Virus record (IMG/VR): IMGVR_UViG_3300007513_000043
Span: 1-60,018 of that record
DNA: 60,018 nt
Origin: a virus
Lineage: Duplodnaviria; Caudoviricetes
Direction: 5' to 3' (one strand)
The position numbers and the translations under genes were made by a program. Below the pieces are notes generated by a model, which was given only the letters and a program-made list of their open reading frames with translations, searched no databases and was not told the origin of the DNA. Below are positions 50,389 to 58,966 of this stretch, in pieces (the first letter of the stretch is position 1; every line of letters begins with the position of its first letter).

Positions 50389-50426
50389 AAGTTACGTAAG
50401 TTACGACTGTTCATTTTTAGATGCAA
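50389..50426 (-). promoter_or_regulatory. late promoter with TTACGTAA box
   Basis: TTGCAT-17bp-TAACTT followed by ACGTAACTT. Confidence 0.65.
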
Positions 50427-52683
50427 CATCTTTTTCATTATTATTTGCACCATTTTGAACCATATTTCCTAATTTTTTCTCATAATCCTTCTTAACTAGA
50501 TTCATTTCTCTATTATGCAAGTCTTGATTTGCCTTGTTTACTGCTGCATCTCCCTTGATTTTAGCTCCAGTATCAACGATTTTCTTACGCATATCGTGTT
50601 CAGCTTGTCTCACTTTGTCTTTAATACCAGCTTGTATTAATTGACGTTCAAGAGTTTCGATAGTTCCCTCCTTGTCTTGCATTTGTTTTTGTAATTGTTC
50701 TATTTGCCCTTGTTGTTGTGCGTATAAACTTTTTCTTTCAGCTATTTTTTCTTTATTCTTCACATCAGTTTCTGCTAAAACAGCCATATCATCAACAACT
50801 CCTAATTGCATTAATTCTTTCAATTCTCCTAGATATGCCCATCTATTAACTGGTAATGTATGACCAGACACAACTCTTATGTCAAATTTTGCTGCTGCAT
50901 AATCTTTAAACTTACCAATAGCTTCCCCTAAATCATTATACATAGGAACATTTATAGATACTTCTCTATCTTCAGCTATAGCACTGGGTTGAACAATTCT
51001 AAATGTTTTTTCAGCTTTATAAACAAATTGGGCATAATCTCTTACCAGTAAGCCTAATTGTTTTAATGATGCCTTGACAGAACCATCCATCCAAGCCTTA
51101 ACTCTCCTAGTTCCATATTCGTCATTAGCAAGTAATCCTTTATATGTATCTGGTTGATTTCCAGTATCTCCTTGCTGAGATGAATACATTCCAGCTAGAT
51201 ACTCCATATCGCCTTTTCCTTCTTCTACGATACTTGCAAAAGCAGTTGACAGTGGAGCGGGTTGTACCTCTTTTGGAATCTCATAACCATTATTAATAGG
51301 TAGCAATGCTCCGGGTGCAGCTGAATACTTCTCCCAATAATCCGTATCAATACTTCCATCTACGTATACCCACCTTAGAGAAGAACCCAATGATGCATTA
51401 TGTATCATAAGCTGATGAGCTTTATTAAGCTCTTTTTGCTTTCCAATTAAGGGAGCAACAGCTGACATAGGATAAGGTGTTCCAGTATAATTGTAGTGCA
51501 CTGGTATTATAGGATAATCAGTTCCCGGTAATATAGATTCAACTAATAGTTGGTCACCCACCACCACTGACAATCTAACTTTAGTTTCATAAAATTTGAT
51601 AGCCTCAATTAAATTATTCTTCAATTCACCTTCCATAAGAGCATCGAACTCTTTTTCAGTGATTGATACATTCTCTATTTTGCTAACTTCTTCCATAGCC
51701 ACTTGTAATCGAGCTGATTTCTCTTGTTCAATCTTTGCCTCAATTTCTCCTCTTGCTTTCTCAAGTTCCCAATCGCCTCTTTCTGGTAACATTTGACCAG
51801 ATTCAACAGCTTGTGCTATAGCTTGTTCTTGCTCTTTAACTCCTACTTGAGCCTCTTTAACCATTCCATACATTTCTTGTTCTATACGTTTGTTTATTTC
51901 ATTAACTTGTTTTTCTGAAGGTTCTATCCTATAATAGACATTCATATAAGGAACTTTAATTTTTTCATACATCTCGTAATAATCAACTAATAAATCATCT
52001 TCTCCTAGAATAGTAAAATTTTCTGATATATCTTTGTATTGGAAATCATTCATATCTGCTTTTTGACTCCAACTTTTATGATTAGGATATTGCGAATGCG
52101 CTTTTTTAATCTTAGACTTAAACTCTGGATATAATTGTTCTAAATATGCTCTTGGACATACTTTATGCAACATCATAAAAGCAGCATCCCTTAATAAAGA
52201 ATCTCTAGATTGCGGGTCTACATAAACATCAAAAGGTTCTAAATTTCTTATTTTAACCTCTCCCATACCCCTATCTTCATTTGGGTCTACATAAACTTGG
52301 AAATAACCAATAGATTTAGTACAAGCATCTTTTATTACTTGATTAAATAATTGTTTACCATTACTTATATACCATATATAATCAGCAACATCACCGTGTA
52401 CTGCTGCTACATCTGCATCAGAACCTTCAGCTCCTACCGCTTGCCATCTAGGGTCGTTAAATGTAGCATAGAAAGTCAACATCTCTACTATTGGAATAAT
52501 CCTATTAATAGTAAAGGTAGGCATTCCTTGTTCCTCTAATCCTTTTTTCTCTTTAGCTGATAATTGATTATCTAAAAAGAAATCGTGACCTTCTTGATTA
52601 ACTTGTTCCCAAGCTTGTCTGTTCTGCCCATTAAGTTTCAGAAACAATTCGTGAATCTGCTGTGCTTTATCTGTTTTTTTCAT
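50401..52683 (-). CDS. portal protein (P22-like)
   Basis: FFLDNQ...PTFTINRIIP; VYVDP; QKELNK; C-terminal coiled-coil barrel. Confidence 0.88.
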   Translation of the reverse strand: MKKTDKAQQIHELFLKLNGQNRQAWEQVNQEGHDFFLDNQLSAKEKKGLEEQGMPTFTINRIIPIVEMLTFYATFNDPRWQAVGAEGSDADVAAVHGDVADYIWYISNGKQLFNQVIKDACTKSIGYFQVYVDPNEDRGMGEVKIRNLEPFDVYVDPQSRDSLLRDAAFMMLHKVCPRAYLEQLYPEFKSKIKKAHSQYPNHKSWSQKADMNDFQYKDISENFTILGEDDLLVDYYEMYEKIKVPYMNVYYRIEPSEKQVNEINKRIEQEMYGMVKEAQVGVKEQEQAIAQAVESGQMLPERGDWELEKARGEIEAKIEQEKSARLQVAMEEVSKIENVSITEKEFDALMEGELKNNLIEAIKFYETKVRLSVVVGDQLLVESILPGTDYPIIPVHYNYTGTPYPMSAVAPLIGKQKELNKAHQLMIHNASLGSSLRWVYVDGSIDTDYWEKYSAAPGALLPINNGYEIPKEVQPAPLSTAFASIVEEGKGDMEYLAGMYSSQQGDTGNQPDTYKGLLANDEYGTRRVKAWMDGSVKASLKQLGLLVRDYAQFVYKAEKTFRIVQPSAIAEDREVSINVPMYNDLGEAIGKFKDYAAAKFDIRVVSGHTLPVNRWAYLGELKELMQLGVVDDMAVLAETDVKNKEKIAERKSLYAQQQGQIEQLQKQMQDKEGTIETLERQLIQAGIKDKVRQAEHDMRKKIVDTGAKIKGDAAVNKANQDLHNREMNLVKKDYEKKLGNMVQNGANNNEKDVASKNEQS

Positions 52684-53264
52684 AATCTCTCTATCTCTTT
52701 ATCCCATATATCAATTGCTATGGAATATCTCGTACCTTTTTTAATGTTTGTTACCCTATGTAAATAAGATGAATCAAAAATAACCAACCTATTATATTTA
52801 GGTTTTATCCTTTCGTACTCCCTTTCAAACTTTAGAAAAGAACCATCTTTATATATATTTTTTTCTTGCACAGAACTTATCTCAAGATATCCACCCTCAA
52901 CATAACTATCTATAGGATAGTAGGTTATTGAACACATAGGATGTAAGAATTCATCTGTCCTATGTTTGTGAACTTCATCTTTATTTGTGTGCCATTCTAA
53001 ATCAGAGCCGGGTTTATGTTTATGTGTCCAATATTCAATGGTTTTAATCTTATCACTAATATCTTTAATTGGACTATTTAATATTATATAAGATATTAAC
53101 TCTTCTTGAATATTTTTTGAAGGACTTTTCCAATCCCACGAATTAATAGTCGATAACTCATCTTCGATTGAATCGCCACCATAATCATATGTATTTTTAA
53201 AGAATTCATTTTTATCTTTTACTAAATGATTTTCATTCAGTATAAAATTATCTATAATTAACAT
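52680..53264 (-). CDS. 2OG-Fe(II) oxygenase-like protein (moron) with atypical HTN motif
   Basis: WHTNKDE, EGGYLEI, PKYNRLVIFDS, LHRV, GTRYSIA. Confidence 0.8.
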   Translation of the reverse strand: MLIIDNFILNENHLVKDKNEFFKNTYDYGGDSIEDELSTINSWDWKSPSKNIQEELISYIILNSPIKDISDKIKTIEYWTHKHKPGSDLEWHTNKDEVHKHRTDEFLHPMCSITYYPIDSYVEGGYLEISSVQEKNIYKDGSFLKFEREYERIKPKYNRLVIFDSSYLHRVTNIKKGTRYSIAIDIWDKEIERL

Positions 53265-53289
53265 TTCAATAAGCTTGTGATTAACATCA

Positions 53290-53325
53290 CATATGTAATT
53301 TACGTAACATTATGCAACTATCCAA
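53290..53325 (-). promoter_or_regulatory. promoter with TTACGTAA box
   Basis: TTGGAT-17bp-TAAATT; 22/23 identity to the 2751-2773 element. Confidence 0.65.
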
Positions 53326-54896
53326 GACTTTGGTTTAGGTTTTCTTTTTCTATATATACCTTTAGACCCTTCAATCCCAGTTGGTGTAGTTATATACTTA
53401 CACGCGTACGCGAGCGCGTCTATAGTATCATCGTGTCCCATCCTTGGTCCAAAAGTTAATATTTCGTGCTGTAAATCGTACATCTGCTTTCTTATATGAA
53501 CACTACCTATAATAATTCTTTGTGCTAGAACCTCTTGTATTCTATCTCTTTTAGATAATCTGGTCCCGGGTTTTTCCTCTTTAAATTGTACTCCAAACTC
53601 ATTTCTTCTCCTCATCTCTGATATTAAAGACTGGAATACTGGTCTAGACATCGTAGTATCTTCTATGCAAAACAATTTCGGTTGATACATACTGTGATAG
53701 TCAAATATATAATCTACGATACCTTTTTTATTTTCTCCCGGAATACCTAATACCGCTAAACCACGTTTGCGCATATAATCTAATACATATATATTATTAT
53801 CCATATCGACAGCTATTATTACTATCACACTAAAGTCAGCATCTCGCCTATCGCTATCTGTAGCTGGGTCAACACCGCAATATATATTGACTGGCTTATG
53901 CTCCCCCTCAATATTTAAAAAACCTATTCCCTTATCTTTATCTAGTTTAAAGGTCCCATCGTGGTATTTTATATGACGTATAGTAAATATAGCGTCTTCC
54001 GCAGATTGTACCTCCATATGGTATTCTTGCCAGTATTTAGCTGGTTGCCCAGAATCAGCATAGAACTTCTTCTTCTCTTCTAGCTTTTTAATTCCAAACC
54101 AACTATCCCATAATGCTGTACCACCATCTTGTATAGCTTTGTATAGTACTACTTTCCAGCTAAAATCCGTTTTTTCACTTTCCGCCCTAGATGCGTTAAT
54201 GATGAGGTTATTGATAAAAGAATCGTAATGAACTGGAGTACCATTAATACGGAGACGACCGTCATAAGGCTCCAAAGCTGGATGAACAACAGCAGTAACC
54301 ATATTGGAATTTTTTTGCCGTGCTTCCGGAGTAATGGTATTATTTTCGTCCTCAAAGTCATCCAACACAATAAGGTCGTATCTTTTATGCAATTTAGCAC
54401 CACCTCTAATACCCGAGATGTTTGATTTCGAAATGAGCTTACATCCATTTTTCAACTCTATATCTGTTTCTGTCCATTTTAGTCCTTTCTGATTCCCAAA
54501 GTAATATAGGAACCTATCATTAAATTCTAAGTGATACTTAACGTAATCCATATTTCCAGTTGAAAGTTTCTGTGTGGCTGAGACCCAGCCGTAGAATAGT
54601 GGTCCATCTGCAAAACAAAACTTATGTAATACATCGCACTTAGTAAGGACTGTCTTCCCGTGACCTCTCGGCATAATGATAGCAAGATTTCTATGTTTCC
54701 AGATTCCAGATTTATCCTTCTCTGCCATAATATCTGCTATCTCGTAATGAAAAAAGGGGGTTTCACTACGCATAAAGTCATCGGGAAGAAACAGTTTTCC
54801 AAATGCTATTAAATCATTTTTCGCTAATAATAAGGCTTCTTCCGCTTTGCTTACATCTTGTGTATTGTAATTCAGCTTGTACTTTTGTTTTGCCAT
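53310..54896 (-). CDS. terL: terminase large subunit
   Basis: Walker A PRGHGKT, Walker B IVLDDFED, nuclease GVDPA...HDDTIDALAY. Confidence 0.95.
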   Translation of the reverse strand: MAKQKYKLNYNTQDVSKAEEALLLAKNDLIAFGKLFLPDDFMRSETPFFHYEIADIMAEKDKSGIWKHRNLAIIMPRGHGKTVLTKCDVLHKFCFADGPLFYGWVSATQKLSTGNMDYVKYHLEFNDRFLYYFGNQKGLKWTETDIELKNGCKLISKSNISGIRGGAKLHKRYDLIVLDDFEDENNTITPEARQKNSNMVTAVVHPALEPYDGRLRINGTPVHYDSFINNLIINASRAESEKTDFSWKVVLYKAIQDGGTALWDSWFGIKKLEEKKKFYADSGQPAKYWQEYHMEVQSAEDAIFTIRHIKYHDGTFKLDKDKGIGFLNIEGEHKPVNIYCGVDPATDSDRRDADFSVIVIIAVDMDNNIYVLDYMRKRGLAVLGIPGENKKGIVDYIFDYHSMYQPKLFCIEDTTMSRPVFQSLISEMRRRNEFGVQFKEEKPGTRLSKRDRIQEVLAQRIIIGSVHIRKQMYDLQHEILTFGPRMGHDDTIDALAYACKYITTPTGIEGSKGIYRKRKPKPKSWIVA

Positions 54897-54943
54897 AGTA
54901 TCCTATTAGTTTTGAAAATTTTGGTATAGGCGTTGTGTTAGTA

Positions 54944-55642
54944 CTATTTTTCTTGTACATCACCAGCCTCTATCTGTTTGCGCTCTGCTGATTCCAAGTG
55001 CTTAACATCAAATCCTTGAAAGACTCCAGCAATCTCGGTTATCTTCTGCTGCTTAATAACCCCAAACGCATCCCATAGCATATTTAATGCCTTTAACCTA
55101 TCTGAGTCGTTCTTTCCACCATCTACGACATCTTTGGCTGCGCCTATTAAATAATCTAGGTCTACACCTCTATTCTTAAATACATCATCTAATTTCTCAT
55201 TCATAATCTTTTGCACCCTTTCACTCTTTATAAGCAATGCTGCCTTTTCTTTGGCATTCTTTTCACTTGTTGTATTAAATACCTCTGCATATGTAAGTAC
55301 CGCATCCCCACCATTCCGTACGCGCTTTGCAAAAACAACCTCTCTCCTTGTAGCTTTAGTACGGTTCTTAAGCCGGGTATACCAGTTCTGTCCACTCATT
55401 GTATAAATGTCCTTTTTACGAACTGAGTCCATTCGCGTATCATCTGTATACGAATAGGTCCCGGTACACGTACCAACACTAAAGTTATCTTTGCGGAGTA
55501 TCTGTACAACGTGTTCATCATCCGTAGCCACCCAATCTCCAATTTCCGCATTCTTCCAGTCTTTCCTATATTCTATGTGCCGAGGTACCTCCGCGAGTTC
55601 GTATACAACGTGAAACTTATTCTTTACTTTATGCTTCTTCAT
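54944..55642 (-). CDS. putative terminase small subunit
   Basis: Directly upstream of terL; helical C-terminal half with SDRLKALNMLW. Confidence 0.6.
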   Translation of the reverse strand: MKKHKVKNKFHVVYELAEVPRHIEYRKDWKNAEIGDWVATDDEHVVQILRKDNFSVGTCTGTYSYTDDTRMDSVRKKDIYTMSGQNWYTRLKNRTKATRREVVFAKRVRNGGDAVLTYAEVFNTTSEKNAKEKAALLIKSERVQKIMNEKLDDVFKNRGVDLDYLIGAAKDVVDGGKNDSDRLKALNMLWDAFGVIKQQKITEIAGVFQGFDVKHLESAERKQIEAGDVQEK

Positions 55643-55646
55643 AAGG

Positions 55647-55681
55647 TTACGTAAGTTACCTTTGAAAAATATAATTTACAA
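55647..55681 (-). promoter_or_regulatory. first late promoter with TTACGTAA box
   Basis: TTGTAA-17bp-TAACTT ending 10 nt before the ATG; no RBS. Confidence 0.65.
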
Positions 55682-55719
55682 GTGCAATCTTTAAAAATTG
55701 GGACAAAATGTTATGCACT

Positions 55720-56260
55720 CCCTATATAAAATGGGGGCGTGGGTAAAAGGGTTTTTCGTTTTTCGAACGCGTTAACTTTGATTTTTTTCGTTTTTTCTCT
55801 TACGCGATGTCAACTGCTCTGCCGTGCAACCACAACGCGTACCAACGCAGTGAGCCACCAATCTGTGTCCAACGCGTACCTATGTGCCTCGCTTACTCTT
55901 CGGCACACCCCCCACCACCCCTCACGCACACCTATGCATTCCTACACATACTCATCTATGCCGTTATTATAGCCCAATTCACTTACTCTGTACCTTACAC
56001 GTACCACACTGCCTAATGCGTACTACACTGCCCACACTGACCCCTATGCGTAGTGGTTCTGTGTCTATGTGTGCATCTGTATAATTTGCCCTCGATGTGC
56101 TGGTATGCGTTGGCTATCTACCTATGCGTACACACACACCCAACTACGCGTGTGCGTACCACCACTGACCCATACACCACACTATGCTGTCGGTATAGGT
56201 TGTGTAAGTAATCCCATTGCCGTCAGTAATGTATCGTTTGATGTATGTTTGCCCTCGACC
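55720..56260. other. non-coding, GC-elevated, C-skewed, purine-pyrimidine-alternating region; candidate packaging/terminus region
   Basis: Repeated CAACGCGTACC, ATGCGTA and CCACACT; lies between the divergent arcs. Confidence 0.5.
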
Positions 56261-56339
56261 CCGAAGGGAATTAACCCTTTTTAATGATTATTTAAGCATA
56301 TTTGAATGTTACACTTGTAACGGCAGTGAAAGATTTTAC

Positions 56340-56369
56340 TTGCATTGTAAACAAAAGTTTTCATATATT
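56340..56369 (+). promoter_or_regulatory. early sigma70-type promoter
   Basis: TTGCAT-18bp-TATATT at the head of the + arc. Confidence 0.65.
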
Positions 56370-56420
56370 AGGTCAACGTTAAAATTTGAATTTGAATTTG
56401 TTTTTTGAAATATTTGATAG

Positions 56421-56573
56421 ACCGAGTGACTGACGGGTGTTGGTGTAGCCGAAGATTAGATTCTGACGCGTTTACCACTCTTAGTAAACGGCTCGAAGAG
56501 GTTTGGCGACCTCGTTGCTATTCGAAGGGGAATAGAGGAACATAGGGTGGTTCGAAGCCACCTCCCTTCGCTA
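56421..56573 (+). ncRNA. structured early leader RNA ending in a mini tRNA-like domain
   Basis: Hairpins CGTTTAC/GTAAACG and GAGGT/ACCTC; acceptor-like GAAGGGG/TCCCTTC stacked on T-arm GGTGG-TTCGAAG-CCACC. Confidence 0.55.
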
Positions 56574-56592
56574 ACATAAAGGAGATAAGACG

Positions 56593-56760
56593 ATGAATGA
56601 ACAAGAGATTATCAACAATATAGACGATGCAGTATGGCATCTCATCGAGGTAATAGACAAGAGCAAAACTGGAATATTAGGCAAGATACAGAAGGGTATT
56701 TTGAAGGCTTGTATAACTGCACTAAACCAAGTATCAAGAGAGATTGGAGGAGAAGAATGA
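56593..56760 (+). CDS. first early protein (55 aa, not in ORF track)
   Basis: MNEQEIINNIDDAVWHL...; AAGGAG RBS. Confidence 0.7.
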   Translation: MNEQEIINNIDDAVWHLIEVIDKSKTGILGKIQKGILKACITALNQVSREIGGEE

Positions 56761-56990
56761 GTTTATGCTATTCGACCGACCCAATAGGTATGGCTAAAAT
56801 CAAGGACGCACGTCCCAAGTACCACCTATCAAAAGAACAGAAGATGAATAGGGCTATTGAAGGGGTACGTAGGACATCCACTAAGTATTCATCAAGAGTT
56901 CAAGAACAGATAAGCAAGAGTACTGGACTCAAAATAAGAGAAGGATTAATCAAGAAAATTAAATTAAATAACTCACGAAGGGAGAAATAA
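56757..56990 (+). CDS. hypothetical basic early protein (start revised to MSLCYS)
   Basis: GGAGGAG RBS; ATGA overlap. Confidence 0.65.
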   Translation: MSLCYSTDPIGMAKIKDARPKYHLSKEQKMNRAIEGVRRTSTKYSSRVQEQISKSTGLKIREGLIKKIKLNNSRREK

Positions 56991-56992
56991 CA

Positions 56993-57346
56993 ATGAAGAT
57001 AGTTAATGAAATCAATGTTCAAGGAGATAGTCAAGAGAGTATCAATGCTTATATTCTAAGCACGTTACCGAGAGGCAAAGAACGTGAAGAGATGAAAAGA
57101 GAGATTCAAGAGCAAGAGATATTCGATAAATTCGGTATGAGAGTTAAGTTACCAAACAAACGCGTAGAAGGACAAAGGAAGAGAAGAGCGAGAGAGTACG
57201 AGGCTAAACGTCAACAAAGAATAAACCAATCACTTGCGAAGAGATTAGCGAAGGCTTGGAATGTCTATTGTTTCGACAAGCACGAAGAGGGACATAGTAC
57301 TGGGCAAACGAGAAGATTTATCAACTTAAACCAAGAGGAGAAATAA
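56993..57346 (+). CDS. hypothetical early protein
   Basis: GGAG RBS. Confidence 0.7.
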   Translation: MKIVNEINVQGDSQESINAYILSTLPRGKEREEMKREIQEQEIFDKFGMRVKLPNKRVEGQRKRRAREYEAKRQQRINQSLAKRLAKAWNVYCFDKHEEGHSTGQTRRFINLNQEEK

Positions 57347-57350
57347 GACG

Positions 57351-58346
57351 ATGAAAAAGAAATATAAATCAAAGAGCAGAACACAAATAGAGAATGAGAT
57401 ATTAAAACCAATACTTGCAGTTTGTGACAATGTCGCAGAAGAGGGAAAGTTAATTTGGACGTTGCCCTTTATGAAACACAAAGGGAATGCAAGTGCATAT
57501 AATTATTCTCAGAAGACGTTCTACAAGGGAATATCTAACCAATTACATCTTGGTTGTAGAATGATGTTAGAAGGGTGGGAGCATAATGCGTGGCTTACGT
57601 ATAACGGAGCGAAGGCTCTTGGAGGATATGTGCCTCACGAGGCTAAGGGGAAGGGAGCAGTTGTTCACTTTAATAAGTTTGTGAAGAGAGATGAGTTGGA
57701 TAGGGACGGGTGTGTAGTTGTTGACTCGGAGGGTAACCCGAAGGTAAAAATAATACCTTTCTTGAAGAGTTTCTCAGTATTCAATGTTGCTCAATGTAAA
57801 GATATACCAATGCCCGAAAAGAAGAAAGAAGAGAAATTCAAACCATTGAAGGCATTAAAGAGGGCAGAGGCTATCCAAAAAGCATATGAATTACAAGAGA
57901 AGAATCTCAAAGTTACTATTAGCGACAAAGTAGTACCACGTTATGATGTGACAAAAGACGAGGTTCAGTGTTCTTCAATGCGTAATCACGTAGAGGTGGC
58001 TAAGAAGAATGGTCAGAGTGTTAATGACGGCAAACAACATTATTATAGTTCTCTCTTTCACGAAGACGGACACTCTGCTGGTCATAAAAAGCGACTGAAT
58101 TTGCTTGAGGATAACTTTAGATTTGGAGACCACGCATACTCAAAAGAAGAGTTACGTGCAGAGATGACATCAGCAATACTATGCTTGGAAGCTGGTCTTA
58201 ATTCAGAGGTTGTCTTCAATAATACGAAGGCTTATTGTCAAGGTTGGGCGAAGAGATTAAAGAATGACCCCAAGTGGCTTATGTGGGCATCATCTAAATC
58301 ACTTCAAACAGCTAATTACATCTTAGGTAAACACAATGAGAAATAG
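57351..58346 (+). CDS. ardC: ArdC-like antirestriction protein (ssDNA-binding domain plus zincin-like metallopeptidase)
   Basis: YKGISN, WLTYNGA, VFNVAQC, LFHEDGH, YSKEELRAE, AYCQGW. Confidence 0.88.
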   Translation: MKKKYKSKSRTQIENEILKPILAVCDNVAEEGKLIWTLPFMKHKGNASAYNYSQKTFYKGISNQLHLGCRMMLEGWEHNAWLTYNGAKALGGYVPHEAKGKGAVVHFNKFVKRDELDRDGCVVVDSEGNPKVKIIPFLKSFSVFNVAQCKDIPMPEKKKEEKFKPLKALKRAEAIQKAYELQEKNLKVTISDKVVPRYDVTKDEVQCSSMRNHVEVAKKNGQSVNDGKQHYYSSLFHEDGHSAGHKKRLNLLEDNFRFGDHAYSKEELRAEMTSAILCLEAGLNSEVVFNNTKAYCQGWAKRLKNDPKWLMWASSKSLQTANYILGKHNEK

Positions 58347-58497
58347 AGAATACGAATTCATAGCCTCAGCACTTATGCTGGGGTTATGGTCTACATTAAT
58401 GTTTAACCATATGTTGAGAGGGCTATTGTGGACACCTCTCTTATTTCTCGAGATACTTTTAATAATATTAACATTCATAACTTGGAGGAGAATATGA
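58336..58497 (+). CDS. small two-TM membrane protein (53 aa, not in ORF track)
   Basis: MRNREYEFIASALMLGLWSTLMF...LLFLEILLIILTFITWRRI; overlaps both neighbours. Confidence 0.6.
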   Translation: MRNREYEFIASALMLGLWSTLMFNHMLRGLLWTPLLFLEILLIILTFITWRRI

Positions 58498-58964
58498 GTT
58501 TCATACATCACGACCGAAAGAAAATAGAGAAGAAATGTAAAGTAATATATCACACTGAGGGTATGCAAATAGCACTCAAACTATTACAGACGTGTATGCT
58601 TCCTAAGTATCAGAATGCTATTGGTCTTGCCCACAATCAAATCGGAGGGGACAAGCAAGTATTTGTTGCTAAACTATCGACAGATACTAATACAAGTAAA
58701 TGGAGAAATTTCATTAATGCGAAGATAACTGATATGTCTCCTAATACGAAGATGTCTGAGGAGGCTTGTATGACGTTCCCTAACAAACCTAACAAAGTAG
58801 AGAGACACGAGTGGGTTGAGGTAGAGCATCAAATAAAGGCTCGTAATGACTCTACTGGAAATATGTTTATTAAAGAGAAATTCTACGGCTTTGATGCAAT
58901 CATAGTCCAGCACGAGATTGACCACTTAAACGGATATCATATCCACAACCAAGAGGAGAAATAA
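58494..58964 (+). CDS. def: peptide deformylase (start revised to MSFIHH)
   Basis: IGLAHNQIG, EACMT, QHEIDHLNG; GGAGGAG RBS. Confidence 0.9.
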   Translation: MSFIHHDRKKIEKKCKVIYHTEGMQIALKLLQTCMLPKYQNAIGLAHNQIGGDKQVFVAKLSTDTNTSKWRNFINAKITDMSPNTKMSEEACMTFPNKPNKVERHEWVEVEHQIKARNDSTGNMFIKEKFYGFDAIIVQHEIDHLNGYHIHNQEEK

Positions 58965-58966
58965 CA

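Noticed and set aside
10093-54492. Numerous + strand ORFs antisense to late genes, and - strand ORFs antisense to early genes
   Set aside because: They are shadow frames of long, well-supported genes and lack RBSs.
55739-56408. ORF-track ORFs in the RY-rich region
   Set aside because: No RBS, mutually overlapping frames and atypical His/Thr/Pro/Cys composition; likely spurious.
56524-56573. Canonical tRNA or tmRNA gene
   Set aside because: No anticodon arm, D-stem, CCA or tag reading frame; reported only as a tRNA-like element.
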